DNA of 64,000 bases from Octopus bimaculoides (taxonomy: Eukaryota), in contig NC_068984.1 in assembly GCF_001194135.2 (NCBI RefSeq), positions 123,282,416 through 123,346,415 on the forward strand, written 5' to 3'. Of the stretch, positions 25,290 through 40,644 are shown piece after piece; within the stretch, counting starts at the first letter, position 1; each line of letters begins with the position of its first letter. A program made the position numbers and the translations under genes. The notes beneath the pieces were generated by a model. It searched no databases. It saw only the letters and a program-made list of their open reading frames with translations, and had not been told where the DNA came from.

Positions 25290-28200
25290 GTATACATTTT
25301 TATACCAGACTTCTTTCAGTTTCTGTGTACTAAATCCACTCAGGAGGCTTGGGACTATTGTAGAAAACATTTGCCAAGCAATGAAGCAACCTCCTTAACT
25401 AAACAGTAGCATGTTTTTTTTTTTTTTTTTTTTTTTTTGATTCTTCAATTTTTAATGGCTTGATCACCTGAACATCAATTTTGATTCTGGGTGATGAGAT
25501 CAGTTTTGCTGTCAGGTAAACAGGTAAATATATTTGTTGTCATATTCTATGACTGGTTCTTGAATTCAAAGCAGTTCCACAGTTGTGATGTTCTCACCGA
25601 GTGTCTAAGCTATTTGGATGAACTTGTGAGGGTTTTACCATGGCTGTGTCCAAAAAACTCTACATCTTTCACTTGCAAATGAGTAAGACTTCGTAACATG
25701 TACCATCATCATTTAACGTCCGTTTTCCATGCTAGCATGGGTTGGACGGTTTGATTGAGGACTGGTGAAACTGGATGGCAACACCAGGCTCCAATCTGAT
25801 TTGGCAGAGTTTCTACAACTGGATGCCCTTCCTAACGCCAACCACTCAGAGAGTATAGTGGGTGCTTTTACGTGTCACCTGCACGAAGGCCAGTCAGGCG
25901 GTATGTTTTGCTAATTGTTTTAGATGGAGGCGATGACAAGAGGCCAAGACCTTTGGCAATATATTATGCTTGAAAAGACGTGTCAAGCCAACTGTGGCTG
26001 AGACCGGTGTCATGTAAAAAGCACCCTTTGAATGTTGGGCCTCATGAAGGCAATAAGTAATGTGACCTTTGGTGATAAGCCATATTTGAGGACACCTGTC
26101 AAGCCAAGTGAAATTATAGTCATGGTTGATACTGGTGTCACGTAACTGGCATCCGTGCTGGTGGTACATAAAAAGCACTCTTTACACTTTTGGAGTATAT
26201 GGCATTAGGAAGGTCATCTGGCTGCAAAGACCATGCCAAATAAGATGGGAACCTGGTACAGCTCTCCAGCATACCAGTTTCAGTCAAACCGTCTAACCCA
26301 TGCCAGGATGGAAAGCAGATGCTAAATGATGATGATAATGAAGGTGCAAGCAGACTTCCACCAGCTTGTCTGATCCTTGACCCAGCAAAACATTGAAGAT
26401 GTGACAGCTGGGAGCTGCACCTGCACTGAGTAAACTGGTGCAAATGAAATGAAGTACTTTGCCCAAGGTCCATAACATGCTGCTGTCCAGCCCAACCCAT
26501 GAACTGAACCAACAGCTTTTTGATCATGAGCTCACTATCCTAACCACTAAGCCTTGCTCCTTCATGTGTATATCTTTATTCTTTCTCTTGTTTTATTCAC
26601 TGAACTGCAGCCATGCCGGAGCACCACTTTGCAGGGTTTAGCTGTCTACCAAATCCACCCACAAGGCTTTGGTTGACTTGGGACTGTAGTAGAAGATACT
26701 TGTACAGGGTGGTAAGCAGTAGGACTGAACTCAGAGCTATGTGGTTGGGAAGCAAGCTTCATACCAGTCACACCTACACACATATATATATATGTGGACA
26801 TAGGCATAGGCATGGCTGTGGTAAGAAGCTTGCTTCCCAACCACATGGTTCCAGGTTCAGTCCCACTGTGTAGCACTTTGGCCAAGGGTCTTCTATTATA
26901 GCCTTGTGAGTGGATTTGGTAGATGGAAATTGAAAGAAGCCCGTTGTATATATGTCTTTGTTCCCATCCCATCGCTTAGCAACCTGTTGGTGTGTTTACG
27001 TCCCAGTAACTTAGCTTTGGGGAAAAGAGATTGATAGAATAAAAGTACTAGGCTTACAAAAAATAAGTCCTGGGGTCAATTTATTTGACTAAAATAGTGC
27101 TCCAGTATGGCCACAGTCAAATGACTGAAACAAATAAAAGAATATAGTTTTTGGGTGTGTGTATCTATATGTCAGGCATGAATTTGCGGCAAGAAGTTTC
27201 TTCCAAATACATGGTTGTGGGTTCAGTCCCACTACTGGCATCTTGGGCAAGTGTCCTCTGCTGTAGTCTCAAGCTGATCAAGGCCTTGTGAGTGGATTTG
27301 GTCAACGGAAGTCCATCATATATGCTTGTGTGTGTTACTGTCTCCTTGCCTTGACGAAGTTGTAAATGTGTGTCACAGTCATGCAAGCTGAGTCCTTCAT
27401 TTCTGATCTTGTTAAAACAGTCTGATCATGGGGAAATATTACCTTACTTGGAAACCGGTGATTGCCAAAACCAAGGGCATTTGGCTGTAGAAAATCTGCC
27501 TGATCCATGACCCATGCAAGCATGAAGAAATGGAGAGTAAAGCAATATCTGCACATGGGAAGTCCCTAAAGCATGCATGGTATTCACTGCTCATGCAAAA
27601 ATATTTTTTTCAAACGAAAGACAAGGGTTGATACAGCATGGCAATAGTGTCATGGAACATTGCAGTCAAAACAAAAAGAGGGAATGATTTCACAAGTCAT
27701 CACATTTAACATCCTAACAACTCCAATAGTTCACTGCTACTTTTTTCTACCCCAGTAGAATTTGAATTCAGAGTGCAGGTTCCGAATAAGTACTACATAT
27801 ATATATATATACACACAAAAATAAATGTGAGTGATACTGGTGTCACATAAAAGCACCCATTACTCTCGGATTGGCTGTCATTAGGAAGGGCATCCAGCTG
27901 TAGAAACCATGCCAAATCAGACTGGAGTCTGGTGCAGCCTTCCAGCTCGGAAGTCCTGGTCAAACCATCCACCCCATGCCAGCATGGACAACAGATGCTA
28001 AATGATGATGTATATCTTCTATTAATTTCAGCCAGGAGCTGTGGCCATGGCTATATACATTAGAAGTGCTTAACAAATTCCACATGAATTGGTTAACTCA
28101 AGGCCGTGATAGAAACACACATGCACAATGAGATTGGACTAAGATTCAAGAAATAGATTCATATGACTATGTAACTCTTCCTTTTAAATGTCATTATATT

Positions 28201-29399
28201 TAAAAGCTGAAATTGTAGACTCTTGGACTAAAATGACTTGCAGTATCGTTTCACAAAATTCATACCATTGTGAGGAATTATTTTAAGAACAAGAGAAATG
28301 ATAGATATGGCACTGTTAAACTAATGCTTAGTTGTATTTAGTCTGTCACAGTTCAATTTCACAGCAGTTGTTTTACACCAGATCAATGCTGATCAAAGTA
28401 TCCAGACATATAGCCAGGACATCCACTTTTATCCAGGATCACATTCTGATGTTTCATTCGATTTTTAAAGATTGTACAGTATAATTTAATAAACATTTGG
28501 CCGTTTTTTCTTCTTGCTACTAAAGTGGTATAAAGGATAGAGTTGATTCAATCACCTATATTTTTTCTTGGAAAATTTGAGTTCTTTGTTGAATTTAGGT
28601 CTGTTGATACGATCTTCACAACTAATGGCTCGTTATTAGAAAACCATTAGTTTTTCATATAAAACCAGTTATCTCCCCCATCTAAGTTAATAGACCAACA
28701 TGTGGCTGGGTGTGAACAAATGGTTTACTAGTTTCTCTCAGCAACAATTTCATCTCAGATTTGCAATGAGTTGATTAAAAAAAATCTGTCTACATTTCTC
28801 ACCCAAGCCAATGGTTTCATTTCAACTGCCAGCTCAGTGTATAAAATTAACTTTCATGCAGATTAAAAAAAAAAAAAAAAAAAAAAAANNNNNNNNNNAA
28901 AAAAAAAAGAAAGAAAGAAAGAAAAAAAATCTGCCGATCCTTGTTGAGGTTGGAATGTGGGTAGGAAAGTTGTCAAACCACCATCTCTTTGCTTACCTGG
29001 GTCCCATCCTTACTTGTTCAACAGCTGACTAAAATCTGTTGTGCAGAGCTGCACATTTCAGTTGCTTACATCCCGATACAATTCTATGTGGCTGTGATAG
29101 ACGTTACCATAGAGGACATGGAATGGAGTGAAAATGATGGATCAGTTCTATACAACAGGGGTTATGTACAGGGAAACAAAAACGCTTGTGGTGACATGGA
29201 GAGTTAGTTGCTATGTATATAAGATGCCAGGTGGATGGTGAAGGTAGGGCACCCAGTAATTCAATACTACATTAACCGGAGTTCTGCCAGCACCCATTGT
29301 AGGCAGTCTGGTTGGCTAAATTTGTCTCCTACACACTCAGAAACTTGGCGAGTTACACTACCTAAGATGTTGTAGGCACCTATGGGAGGTAGTTAAGTT

Positions 29400-30700
29400 G
29401 TACCGATTGATTCATATAGTGAAATACTGAATAAGAGTTGTGGTGGTTGAGGGTAAGTGGAAGCAGATGTATTGCTTAAGCTAGGTTGTCAACAGAGGGA
29501 CTGAGAAGCAGCAAGAGGAGTGGGGTGTAGGAGGAGGAATTATATAAATATAACAGGCAGCTGGAAAACTGTTGTGTAATTATAGATGATGCTACCAGAA
29601 CTAGAATGTAAATAGCACCAAGACTTTATAGCTATAGCAAAGTAAATGCTAACATGAGAGAATACACCATCACTACAGGATGGAGACAGAGTCTTTCACT
29701 CGGTAGGGAAGGGTGAAAGGCCAACGTATTCGCCAAATCAGTTTGGACAAGTCTGAACACCCCTCCCCCCATCTTTCTTTTATAGTTCACGTGACTTGTA
29801 ATTCTACCTATCCACATCAACAGTACAATGAACAAGGTGGCTGAGTAAATGTATTGCACATAGGCCAGGAATTTAAATCTGTTGCTTCATTTCTTGATAG
29901 AATACTTTATTCCACATCACTTCAATTCACAAAACTGTCAAGCGTGATATGGAGGTGTTACCTGTGATAGTCCTTTCTCAGTCTTTCATAGTACGCCAGA
30001 CATCTTATAGATGACTTCACTTCAAAAACAGACACATCAACCTGTGATGTTATCTATCAGATAATAGTCTAGAAGAAATTTATTACAGTATTCATTACCT
30101 TACTCCACTTGTGGTATGTTGTGATGGACTTGGTTTATCCAGAGGAAGATAGATCACATTAGTACAACACTAGATCTAGATATTGGGAGGCATTTGCATT
30201 TTATTTTAGCCTATCAGTAGCCAACATTACATTTAACATTTAGGCTGGGAAGATACTGCATATAGTCTTTCCATGTACTCTAATAGCCATGGCATTGTAG
30301 TAACTGGGTGAGATTAATAATGCTCTATTTGAACTGTTAATAGACAATGAAATATCTAAGAAAGGATCAGTTATAGTGTTTAATACTCAGAATGTTGGGC
30401 AAGTTTAGGTAGGGATAGTTGAATAGACAGGCAAGAATTGGACAATGGTTGAATGCAGATTTCATTTATCAGACAGCAAGCTTTTGCATTATACATTTTA
30501 CATTTCAGAATGTTAGTAATACTCCAGTGTTTGGTGCGTAAGGCCAGCTACTGTTGTTTTTTTGGCAATGAAAGAAATCCAACTTTTGTGATACTGCTTT
30601 GGTTGGTCATCAAGAGATTGTAAAGAACATCAGATTTTAACCTGTGATATTATTTAGGTGTTAAGGTAAGTGGTATGGTTGTGTCTTGGTAGTGATGAAA
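29400..30700 (-). mobile_element. Possible highly decayed LINE remnant
   Basis: Only scattered motif-like codons and a pyrimidine-rich tail-like end on the minus strand; no continuous ORF. Confidence 0.25.
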
Positions 30701-33700
30701 TTTGCAGTTGTACAAAAGTTGTATAGTTCAGACCAAAAAACAATGAAAATAGATTTTGTACAACCAACATTAAACAGTACTCAAAAACAATTTAAATATA
30801 TAATTTATAAAAATACCTCAAATTAAAATTTCTGATCAGTTTTACATTTAATATTTTCATAAAAGAAAATGACTGTTCAGAACATGTATTCTTTTTTGAA
30901 ACTTCTTGTTTTTAATATAATTAATTGATGAGTACTACTTAATATTAGTTTCAGAATATTTTTCATTATTCCTAAATGACTGTACAACTTTTGTAGAATT
31001 ACTCAGTTGAACTCAGAATTGCAGTTCTAAGTTCAGCTCCACTGCATGTTATCCATCATAGCCTCCAGCTGACCAATTACCTTGTGAGTGGAATTTATTA
31101 TATGGAAACTGATAAATGCACACCAATATAAAAAAACCCAGTCTTTTGCAATATATGCCCTGCAGCAAGTTGCAGACACTTTTATGTCAGAGTAAACCAG
31201 TGACTTCTCTTTTCAAACCTACAACTGAGCGAATTGAGCAGCCTAAATAGACAGTTAAGTCAATACTCGAATCAAATACAAAAAACCCACAAAGTTTAAC
31301 TGAGAGCCATACAAAGCTCTCCTGCAGAATGGCATGACTCAATTTGCTAAGTTTCCATGTGGCTGAACAGAGTAGATAGAGAGTGATTATGAAACTTTAA
31401 GCAGGCATAGTTTTCTTACTAGATCATCTACTCAAATTACTTGCTAATAGTGAAGTTGACAGTCACACTTGTATAATCACTACTAGTTGTGAGTGAAAAC
31501 TGTTCCTATACACAAACACTCAGCTTCACTTTAGCAGCACTCATGAAACTGGAGTGGAAACTTATGAGAAATCTATGTGAACATGAAGCCTCAAGATAAT
31601 AGGGGATATTTATTCACTAGAGACCTGCCCACCCACATTTGGAAGCTAATGAATAGCAATACAACAGCAATAAAATGGAATGTTAACTGGGTGTGTTAAG
31701 AGTAGAAGTAATGTGTTTCAACATGAAACAGTTCATGCTAGCAGATTGACTTGTAAACAATTATGAGTCAAGTCTTTGCAATAGATGATTGTTAAGCTGT
31801 AGACTGGTAGAAACAGGAGCCTTCAGCAGTGTCAAGTGCGTGGACAGGCAATGTGGAGAGGAGGGGGAGGGGTCAGTCAACAAGTGCTGATCACATCAAG
31901 ATTTCCTGCTCACACACAGCAATAAGAACACATTGAGAAATGATATAATTCAGACACGCATAGATGACAGTGGAAATGTTTCAACAGATGGTAGCACTGG
32001 AGATATTAGAGTGTTTAAATGAAATAGTAATGGCAGTAACAACTAATATCCTCAACCTCCAACAAAGAGGTACAAGGAGAAAGAGAAAAATAGTGGTAAC
32101 TAATTAAACTTTCAAATTAAAAAGCAAAAATTCATAAGTCAGGAAGGAACTGCTAACTTCATCCTTGTTTTGTTAAAGAGGAAGAAAAGAAAAAGGAAGC
32201 AACACTTCACTGTTAAACTGTTGCAGGGCATCAAATCATATTAACAGCTATATTCTATTCTTATGTTGCTGTTTAATATTACAAGTATAATTCTGTTCAG
32301 AGAAGAGCTTAATATTGCGGTCTGATTAAAGGGGAAAATGTTCTACAACTGGTTTTCTAGTTTCTAAAATACATCTAGAGAGAAAGGAAAGTCTATAATG
32401 TAAAGAATTAGAATAAGGTAATGATATTTTTGTTTCAGACTGCCCGCTATACAGCATAATGTAGATTGTGTGCTAAAATGTAATAGCAGCAGTAGCAACA
32501 AGATTTTTATTTTCTAGTGACAAAGTTGTAACAGGAAGTCATAAGAATGGCACTTGTAAAACCAAACACATGCAACATAAAAATCAACAACCTGCCATAT
32601 TACACACCTGCACACAATCAAATTTAGGATATATTAAAAAATAAGCAAAATAAAATTAAGAATCAGTTAAAAAAAAAACAGGTTTTCATTAGAGTTAAAA
32701 AATAATAAAAAAAAAAGCAGTTCAGAAAGTATAATGTGGCAGGTGAGGATTTTAGGAATTGAAGCTATACAGAACAGATGTGAAACAACACACCACAGAA
32801 CAAAGTGGACCGAAGCAAGAAGCATCTGTACAGAAGGAGTAGTGACAATGCTTGACATCTTGTCAGATTTATTTCACATGACATTGTTATTTTTTTGCCA
32901 ATCATATACAAAATGTGAACTTAATTTTGTTTTGTTGGTTTTTTATTATTCAATATCAATATAAATTTCTCATAGCGAGCAGTGACAACAAATACAATAT
33001 TGTCAGAAAACTTCCCACATGGAAACAACATCGTAAAATTACACCAAAAAAATTCTTTGACTTATTTGTCAGTGATTCCAGTATTAATTTCCACAATCAA
33101 ATTGTCAGCCAGGAAATTAATAACTTTCAACATTTCCCCAAATAACCATCAGGCAGCAACCATTGTAAGAAATAGCTGCCACCTCAGGAAATATTGAAAA
33201 AAAGAAAAAAAAAATTAAAAACAGAAAAAAGATGAAAGGGGGGGCTAGAAGAAAAGACAAAGAGCACAGAAGTACTGAGGAAGAGGGGGGAAAGGAAATT
33301 AATGGATAACTCAAACAACCATACAACTGGTTAGACAGTATTGGTCATTTTAATCTAAAATTTTATAAGAAAAAGTAATCAGTTATTTTGGATACAGTTT
33401 GGTTTCCTTCAAATGACAATGATGAATGTTTGTAATGTGACTTTTCCTTTTTCTCCACTTCTTGCTCGGTTAGAAGCAAGGCCAAGTAGCATATCCTTGA
33501 TATTGCAGCTCTTCTCACCTGTAGTGGTCTCGAAAAGAGAATGTAAGTCGAAATGAAAAGCAGAATGTGCTAGGACGAGGTTAATAGACTAAAACTGACT
33601 TAAAGAAATTTGCAAGTGAATAAGATGAAAAGCTGACTTATGACGACAACAACAAGGAGAAAAACTAAATATCCAGTTTTCACCAAGTAAAAAAATAAAA

Positions 33701-34278
33701 AAATTGCCAAAAATGGTAATCCCCACAAGTTGGGAAATGGTAACAAAATGATGTTGCTCGCATCATAAAAGAGAAAAAACATTCAAAGTAGTTTAGGGGA
33801 AATCTAGTCAGCCATGCCCATCTAAGTGTTTTAATGCTGTACATCATGTTTTTAATTTCCAAAAGTTCTAAAACAAGTGTGAAACACCCATGTGTCCATC
33901 AGTACATTAAAACGGTCAACAGCCTGTAAGTTGTTTAGATTTATAAAAGAAGCTTTGGACTTTTCTAATATTCCTATTACTAATGTAACTAATTAGAAAC
34001 AGGTAAAATAACGCATACCTCCCCACCCCTGCCTATCAAATAAATAGAAACTTACTTAAATCTAAAAAGTCTGCATGAATTGTTAACTTAGTGTCAATGC
34101 AGAATCTACATCAGGACCATGATGTGAAAACTAAAACTCCATTGTAACAACTATGCAACTAATTTATGCTGTGTTTTATATATATATCTATTTTTGTTTG
34201 TCTCTTGTCTTTGAAGAAGATAAAAAATAAAGAAAAGGTAAAAAAAAAAAATACAATACCACTTAATTTACAGTTATC

Positions 34279-34284
34279 TTTATT
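34279..34284 (-). terminator. Candidate proximal poly(A) signal of CaM
   Basis: AATAAA on the minus strand about 380 nt after the stop, followed about 25 nt later by a GU/U-rich element (GTATTGTATTTTTTTTTT). Confidence 0.5.
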
Positions 34285-34661
34285 TGAATGAGATCTGATG
34301 GACCAGCATGGAAAAAGATAGCAAAGAGATTGGCTTGGCTGGAAGGCAGAAATTTTTTTTACATCTTTGAAGGAAAGGAAAAATGAATTTGATATAGTGG
34401 AGTCTACAGAACTAGGTCAGAGAAAGTAGTCAGATGGGATAGGGACATAATTGGTGATCTTACAGCACCACTACCGGGAAGAGATAACTGTACAGACCAT
34501 CCCAGGTACATCTTTTAATTGAATGTGCGACTAAATACAGGACCTTGAGCTGTACACATACAGAAATGAGAGATGCCAGGATGAAACTGCAGTGTGAATA
34601 AACTTTAATTTGCTTGTAATAATAATAATAATATAATAATTATAATAATAATTCACCAGTT

Positions 34662-36039
<1,378 letters not shown>

Positions 36040-36974
36040 GTCGGAATGTCGTGTTGCTAATGGTAAGGGTAGGATGTGAAAAAAGAGCAGGTAGCGGTGG
36101 GTAAGGCAAGCTAACAGAATTAGACAAGATCTAAAGTAACAATAAAGCAGCTGTAACCTCTCTAGTCAAATAAAATCAATGGAAATAGCAGCAGCAGCAG
36201 TTGCAAATCAATAACCAGATGGGAATCGAACTATGTCACACAGCAGTACAGATCTTACTCTACTGACACTGTCATCACCAACTGCAGATTGGGGAACTAC
36301 TGAATATATAAATATATATACACACAGTTATATATATATAAGGGGCATGTGGTAGAGAGACAGAAAGGGCAAGTGGCAGAGAGGCAGAAGGGGCCAGAGA
36401 CACGCACACACACTGGTGCAGTGGTGAAACGTCGGTGACGCAGTGTGTCGGCTGCTGTGATTATGCTAAGAGCATTAGATCGAATTAGATGCTGCAGTAA
36501 TGAAGCAACAGAGGAGGGGGAAAGAAGCGGAAGGGAAAAATTAGATCATTGCGACAAGTGTTGAACCAGAATCGAACCAATAATCCATACGATATCAGCA
36601 ACCATCACCAACACCTCCCTGTTAAGGTAATTGTGAGCAGTGCGACGTGATCCGGCAGTGAGTGCAGTAAATAACAGGTAGCTGTAAGAGCAGCTGGAAG
36701 GAGGATGAGGAAGAGGAGATATTAACATATGTTAATGTGGTCAGCGTTGCGTGTGTGTGTATGTGCGAGCGGCACAAGTGACACATACCTCACACAAATG
36801 ATATTACACTGACGAAACCAAACAAGTCACATAACTAGGACAAAACCAGAAAACCGATAAATACTTGTCAGTAACCCCCTTCCTATCTAAGTCCTTAACC
36901 CGAGGGGAGACAATGCATCATACAGAAAGGTTAGTAGCTTGTCACTCCACCAACACAATTACAATCGAGTGAAA

Positions 36975-37002
36975 GCGCCAAAATACAAGCCTCCCCGCCA
37001 AT
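36975..37002 (-). promoter_or_regulatory. Candidate CaM promoter motif cluster (E2F-like TTTGGCGC, GC box CCCGCC, CCAAT)
   Basis: GCGCCAAA at 36975-36982 and CCCCGCCAAT at 36993-37002 lie in a CpG-containing, repeat-free stretch about 190 nt upstream of a strong minus-strand donor (AG|GTATGT at 36788). Confidence 0.35.
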
Positions 37003-37589
37003 TCGTGTGTGAAACCAGAAACAAAAACGAAATAAAAACTAGTCTGCAGCCACCAGTGACCACTTGAAATGAGCTCAACTGACCGACATTAAGGGTAATG
37101 GTGAGGTACGGTTTTGAAACCGGCTTTTTAACTGCTTGTTAAGTAGTCTAATTAAAAATTTCTACCAACATGCAACCGTCGCTTCAAGTGTAAAAGCTGG
37201 TGGTGCACACACAACCCTAGTGTTCATTTAATTAAATCTGACAAGAGACACCCAACAAGGGTATTTCAACATAGGCACTCAACCCTACCGCCTTAGAAAA
37301 AGACACTAGCTAGTGCTTTCGAAGATACATTATTGCTGGAAAGAATGATATGGCCACGGCTGGAATGCCTTTGGCTAGACGTAGGTCTTTGCTCGACCAA
37401 GACTGACTTGTGACCGATAGACATATCTACCTTATAGATTTATTGCTCATAACTATATAGCTAACTCCAGCAAATCTTTTGCACAGCTATATTAGCAGTA
37501 GTAGTAACAGCAATGTATTTCGGCATTTACTTTTGAAGACGGAGGAAAAAAAAAAAAAAACCCCGAAAAGAAAAAAANNNNNNNNNNNN

Positions 37590-37630
<41 letters not shown>

Positions 37631-38936
37631 TATATATATATATTTATATATTCACACGCATACCACATAGTTACTAAATGTAGCCTGTGTATAGGGAAGT
37701 TAAGACATTTCTCAGAACGCAGAGAATGAAAGAGTCGCCTCAGTATATATATATATATGTATTTATAAAAGGAGGGAAACAAGTGAAATGCTAATAATAT
37801 AACTATTAGGCATTCATTCCATGATGGAATCCAAAAAGTATGATACAATTTTACAAATATATTCTTTGCTCGAACAAAAAAAAAAAATACACAAGACGAA
37901 CTAATCCTACACACACACAAAATGACGTTGAACAAAAGATTTAATAATTAAAATAACGTAATCTACACATTGTAATAAATTAGTCACATTTTACAGGAAA
38001 GTTTTCTCATCGGGATTTTACATTTGAAACATGTTCGGCAACAGTTTTAGGTCTGATACGAAAACCTTAAAATAAAGTAGATGCATTTTATCTCAGTAAA
38101 AAAAAAAATATCTAGTTGAATGAAAGAATTTTGTCAAATGTTAATAAATTTGAGAAAAATCTGAAAAAATTTATTGAAAATGTAAAAAAAATTTCCATTT
38201 AACAACCTGCACTTTAAGCGCGAAGTTTATATACATACATGTGTATGATTATATATATATATATATATATAATATAATATATATACATATATATAAAATA
38301 ATAGACAGTTTCTATGGATACAGTCATTGATAAATGAATGCATATTTTTGAAATGTAGACAAATTTCAGTAATCGAAGAGATGTTATCTCGAGAGAAAAG
38401 GACATTTTTGGGGAGGATTTATGACGGTTGTGGCGGATTTTAAAATAGACATTTTTTTTTTCTCCCACACATATTTCTATAGAGACGGAGATATTTGCTA
38501 GACATTTAAATGCTAGACAGTCATATTCCCACTAGGTCTTCAACTGTAAAATAAGTGAAACCCAGCAAATTATGTATGTATATATATTATATATATATAT
38601 ACATACATATATATAAAATGAAAATAATCCTATTAAATTTCTGCGGTTATAGAGATAGGAATTTAAATTCTTAGGATATCTAAAATGCGCATATCTATAT
38701 ATAAAATACAGATTTCAATCTGCTTACAATAGGCATTTTATTTTCATGTTAAAGCATATTCTGTGGCCTTTTTTAAACGCTTATAATCACATCTTTCATC
38801 ACGCAACCGATTTCATGCGACTATATAACCAGACACACACACACATGTGACTAATATATATATAACCCACACACCCTATGCATACAACTAAGTGCTTATA
38901 CGAGCCATTGAGAGAGAGAGAGAGAGAGATAGAGAG

Positions 38937-39127
38937 AGCCACTTCGTGGTCATTCTAACGGCTAGAAATAGCAGTCAAACCGCCCTCAAATCATAGGCAA
39001 ACATCTCGAAAAAGAATACATCGGGCAATGTACTCTTACATGTATCTAGAAAGACAGGATGGTCATAGCTGGAATGTCTTTGATCATAAAGCCTGTCCAA
39101 ACAGGGTTGACATGGGCTAAACAACTC
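38937..39127. repeat. Unclassified dispersed repeat (GCTAGAAATAGCAG.CAAA...GATGGTCA.GCTGGAATG.CTTTGATCATA)
   Basis: Related segments at about 14200-14310, 16570-16900, 22530-22660, 23710-23910, 28320-28540 and 37275-37400. Confidence 0.6.
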
Positions 39128-40300
39128 TCAAGTGCTACTCAGCCGGCTTTTATTACTGTCTATATAAGACATACAAGAAACAAGATCAAACCCGTCTCCA
39201 TTATTATTTCTTTTTGCTTTTTCCATTTTTAAGCCATTAGTAATACAAAATCTCTTATTCCATCTAAGTTAAAAAAAAAATGAAAAACTGCCACGGGAAG
39301 CCAGAATATAATATATATATATATTTCTATGTATATATAGCCTCAGTAATGGTGAGATTTTGAAAAGGAAGATGCGAGAACACATATGGTCGTGAAATGT
39401 ATGGAAATGGAGGAATAGAAAGAGACATATATATGTATATATATATATGGATGCGAAGGATTTTATGTAAGTCTGTCGTTTATTGAACGAGGAATTTCAT
39501 TTAAACAAATTGTTCCCATCCATTTTTTAAAAAGTGACATCTTGTTATTCAAGAAAAAAAAAANNNNNNNNNNNNNNNNNNNNNNNNNNNNNNNNNNNNN
39601 NNNNNNNNNNNNNNNNNNNNNNNNNNNNNNNNNNNNNNNNNNNNNNNNNNNNNNNNNNNNNNNNNNNNNNNNNNNNNNNNNNNNNNNNNNNNNNNNNNNN
39701 NNNNNNNNNNNNNNNNNNNNNNNNNNNNNNNNNNNNNNNNNNNNNNNNNNNNNNNNNNNNNNNNNNNNNNNNNNNNNNNNNNNNNNNNNNNNNNNNNNNN
39801 NNNNNNNNNNNNNNNNNNNNNNNNNNNNNNNNNNNNNNNNNNNNNNNNNNNNNNNNNNNNNNNNNNNNNNNNNNNNNNNNNNNNNNNNNNNNNNNNNNNN
39901 NNNNNNNNNNNNNNNNNNNNNNNNNNNNNNNNNNNNNNNNNNNNNNNNNNNNNNNNNNNNNNNNNNNNNNNNNNNNNNNNNNNNNNNNNNNNNNNNNNNN
40001 NNNNNNNNNNNNNTATATAAGTATTAGGGATAAAAACCCCAAATTACAGGTAAAAACTCAATTAAAATCAATTTATTAAAAATTAAAATTAAATTAATAT
40101 TGGATTTTCATCGATGAGTTCATGAACCTTGGTTATTTTCTCTAATACTATATACACAGCAAGCTATATGAGAATTTTATATCTGAGTATTTGAAATAAA
40201 ATATGACAGTAAACTTGGAATATGTATAAATATCGAACTGATATATATATGGTGCACCAGCATGACCGCAGCCACTTGGCTGAAACACATAAATAAATAA

Positions 40301-40335
<35 letters not shown>

Positions 40336-40589
40336 CACACACAACATACATATTGTCATACAGGTTATATTTTTGGAAATATATATATCGTATACATATA
40401 TATATTATGCATATATATATAATATAGGTATTTTACTGATATCAAAAATGAAGATTGATAATATCTGACACATTATATACATTTTTACAATTACCTCACA
40501 ATATAAAAAAGGAAAAAATTGCTCCGGTAGGTATACATAAATTCAGTCTGTCATTTTAAATAGCTGCTACTGTACATATACGACATTCT

Positions 40590-40644
<55 letters not shown>

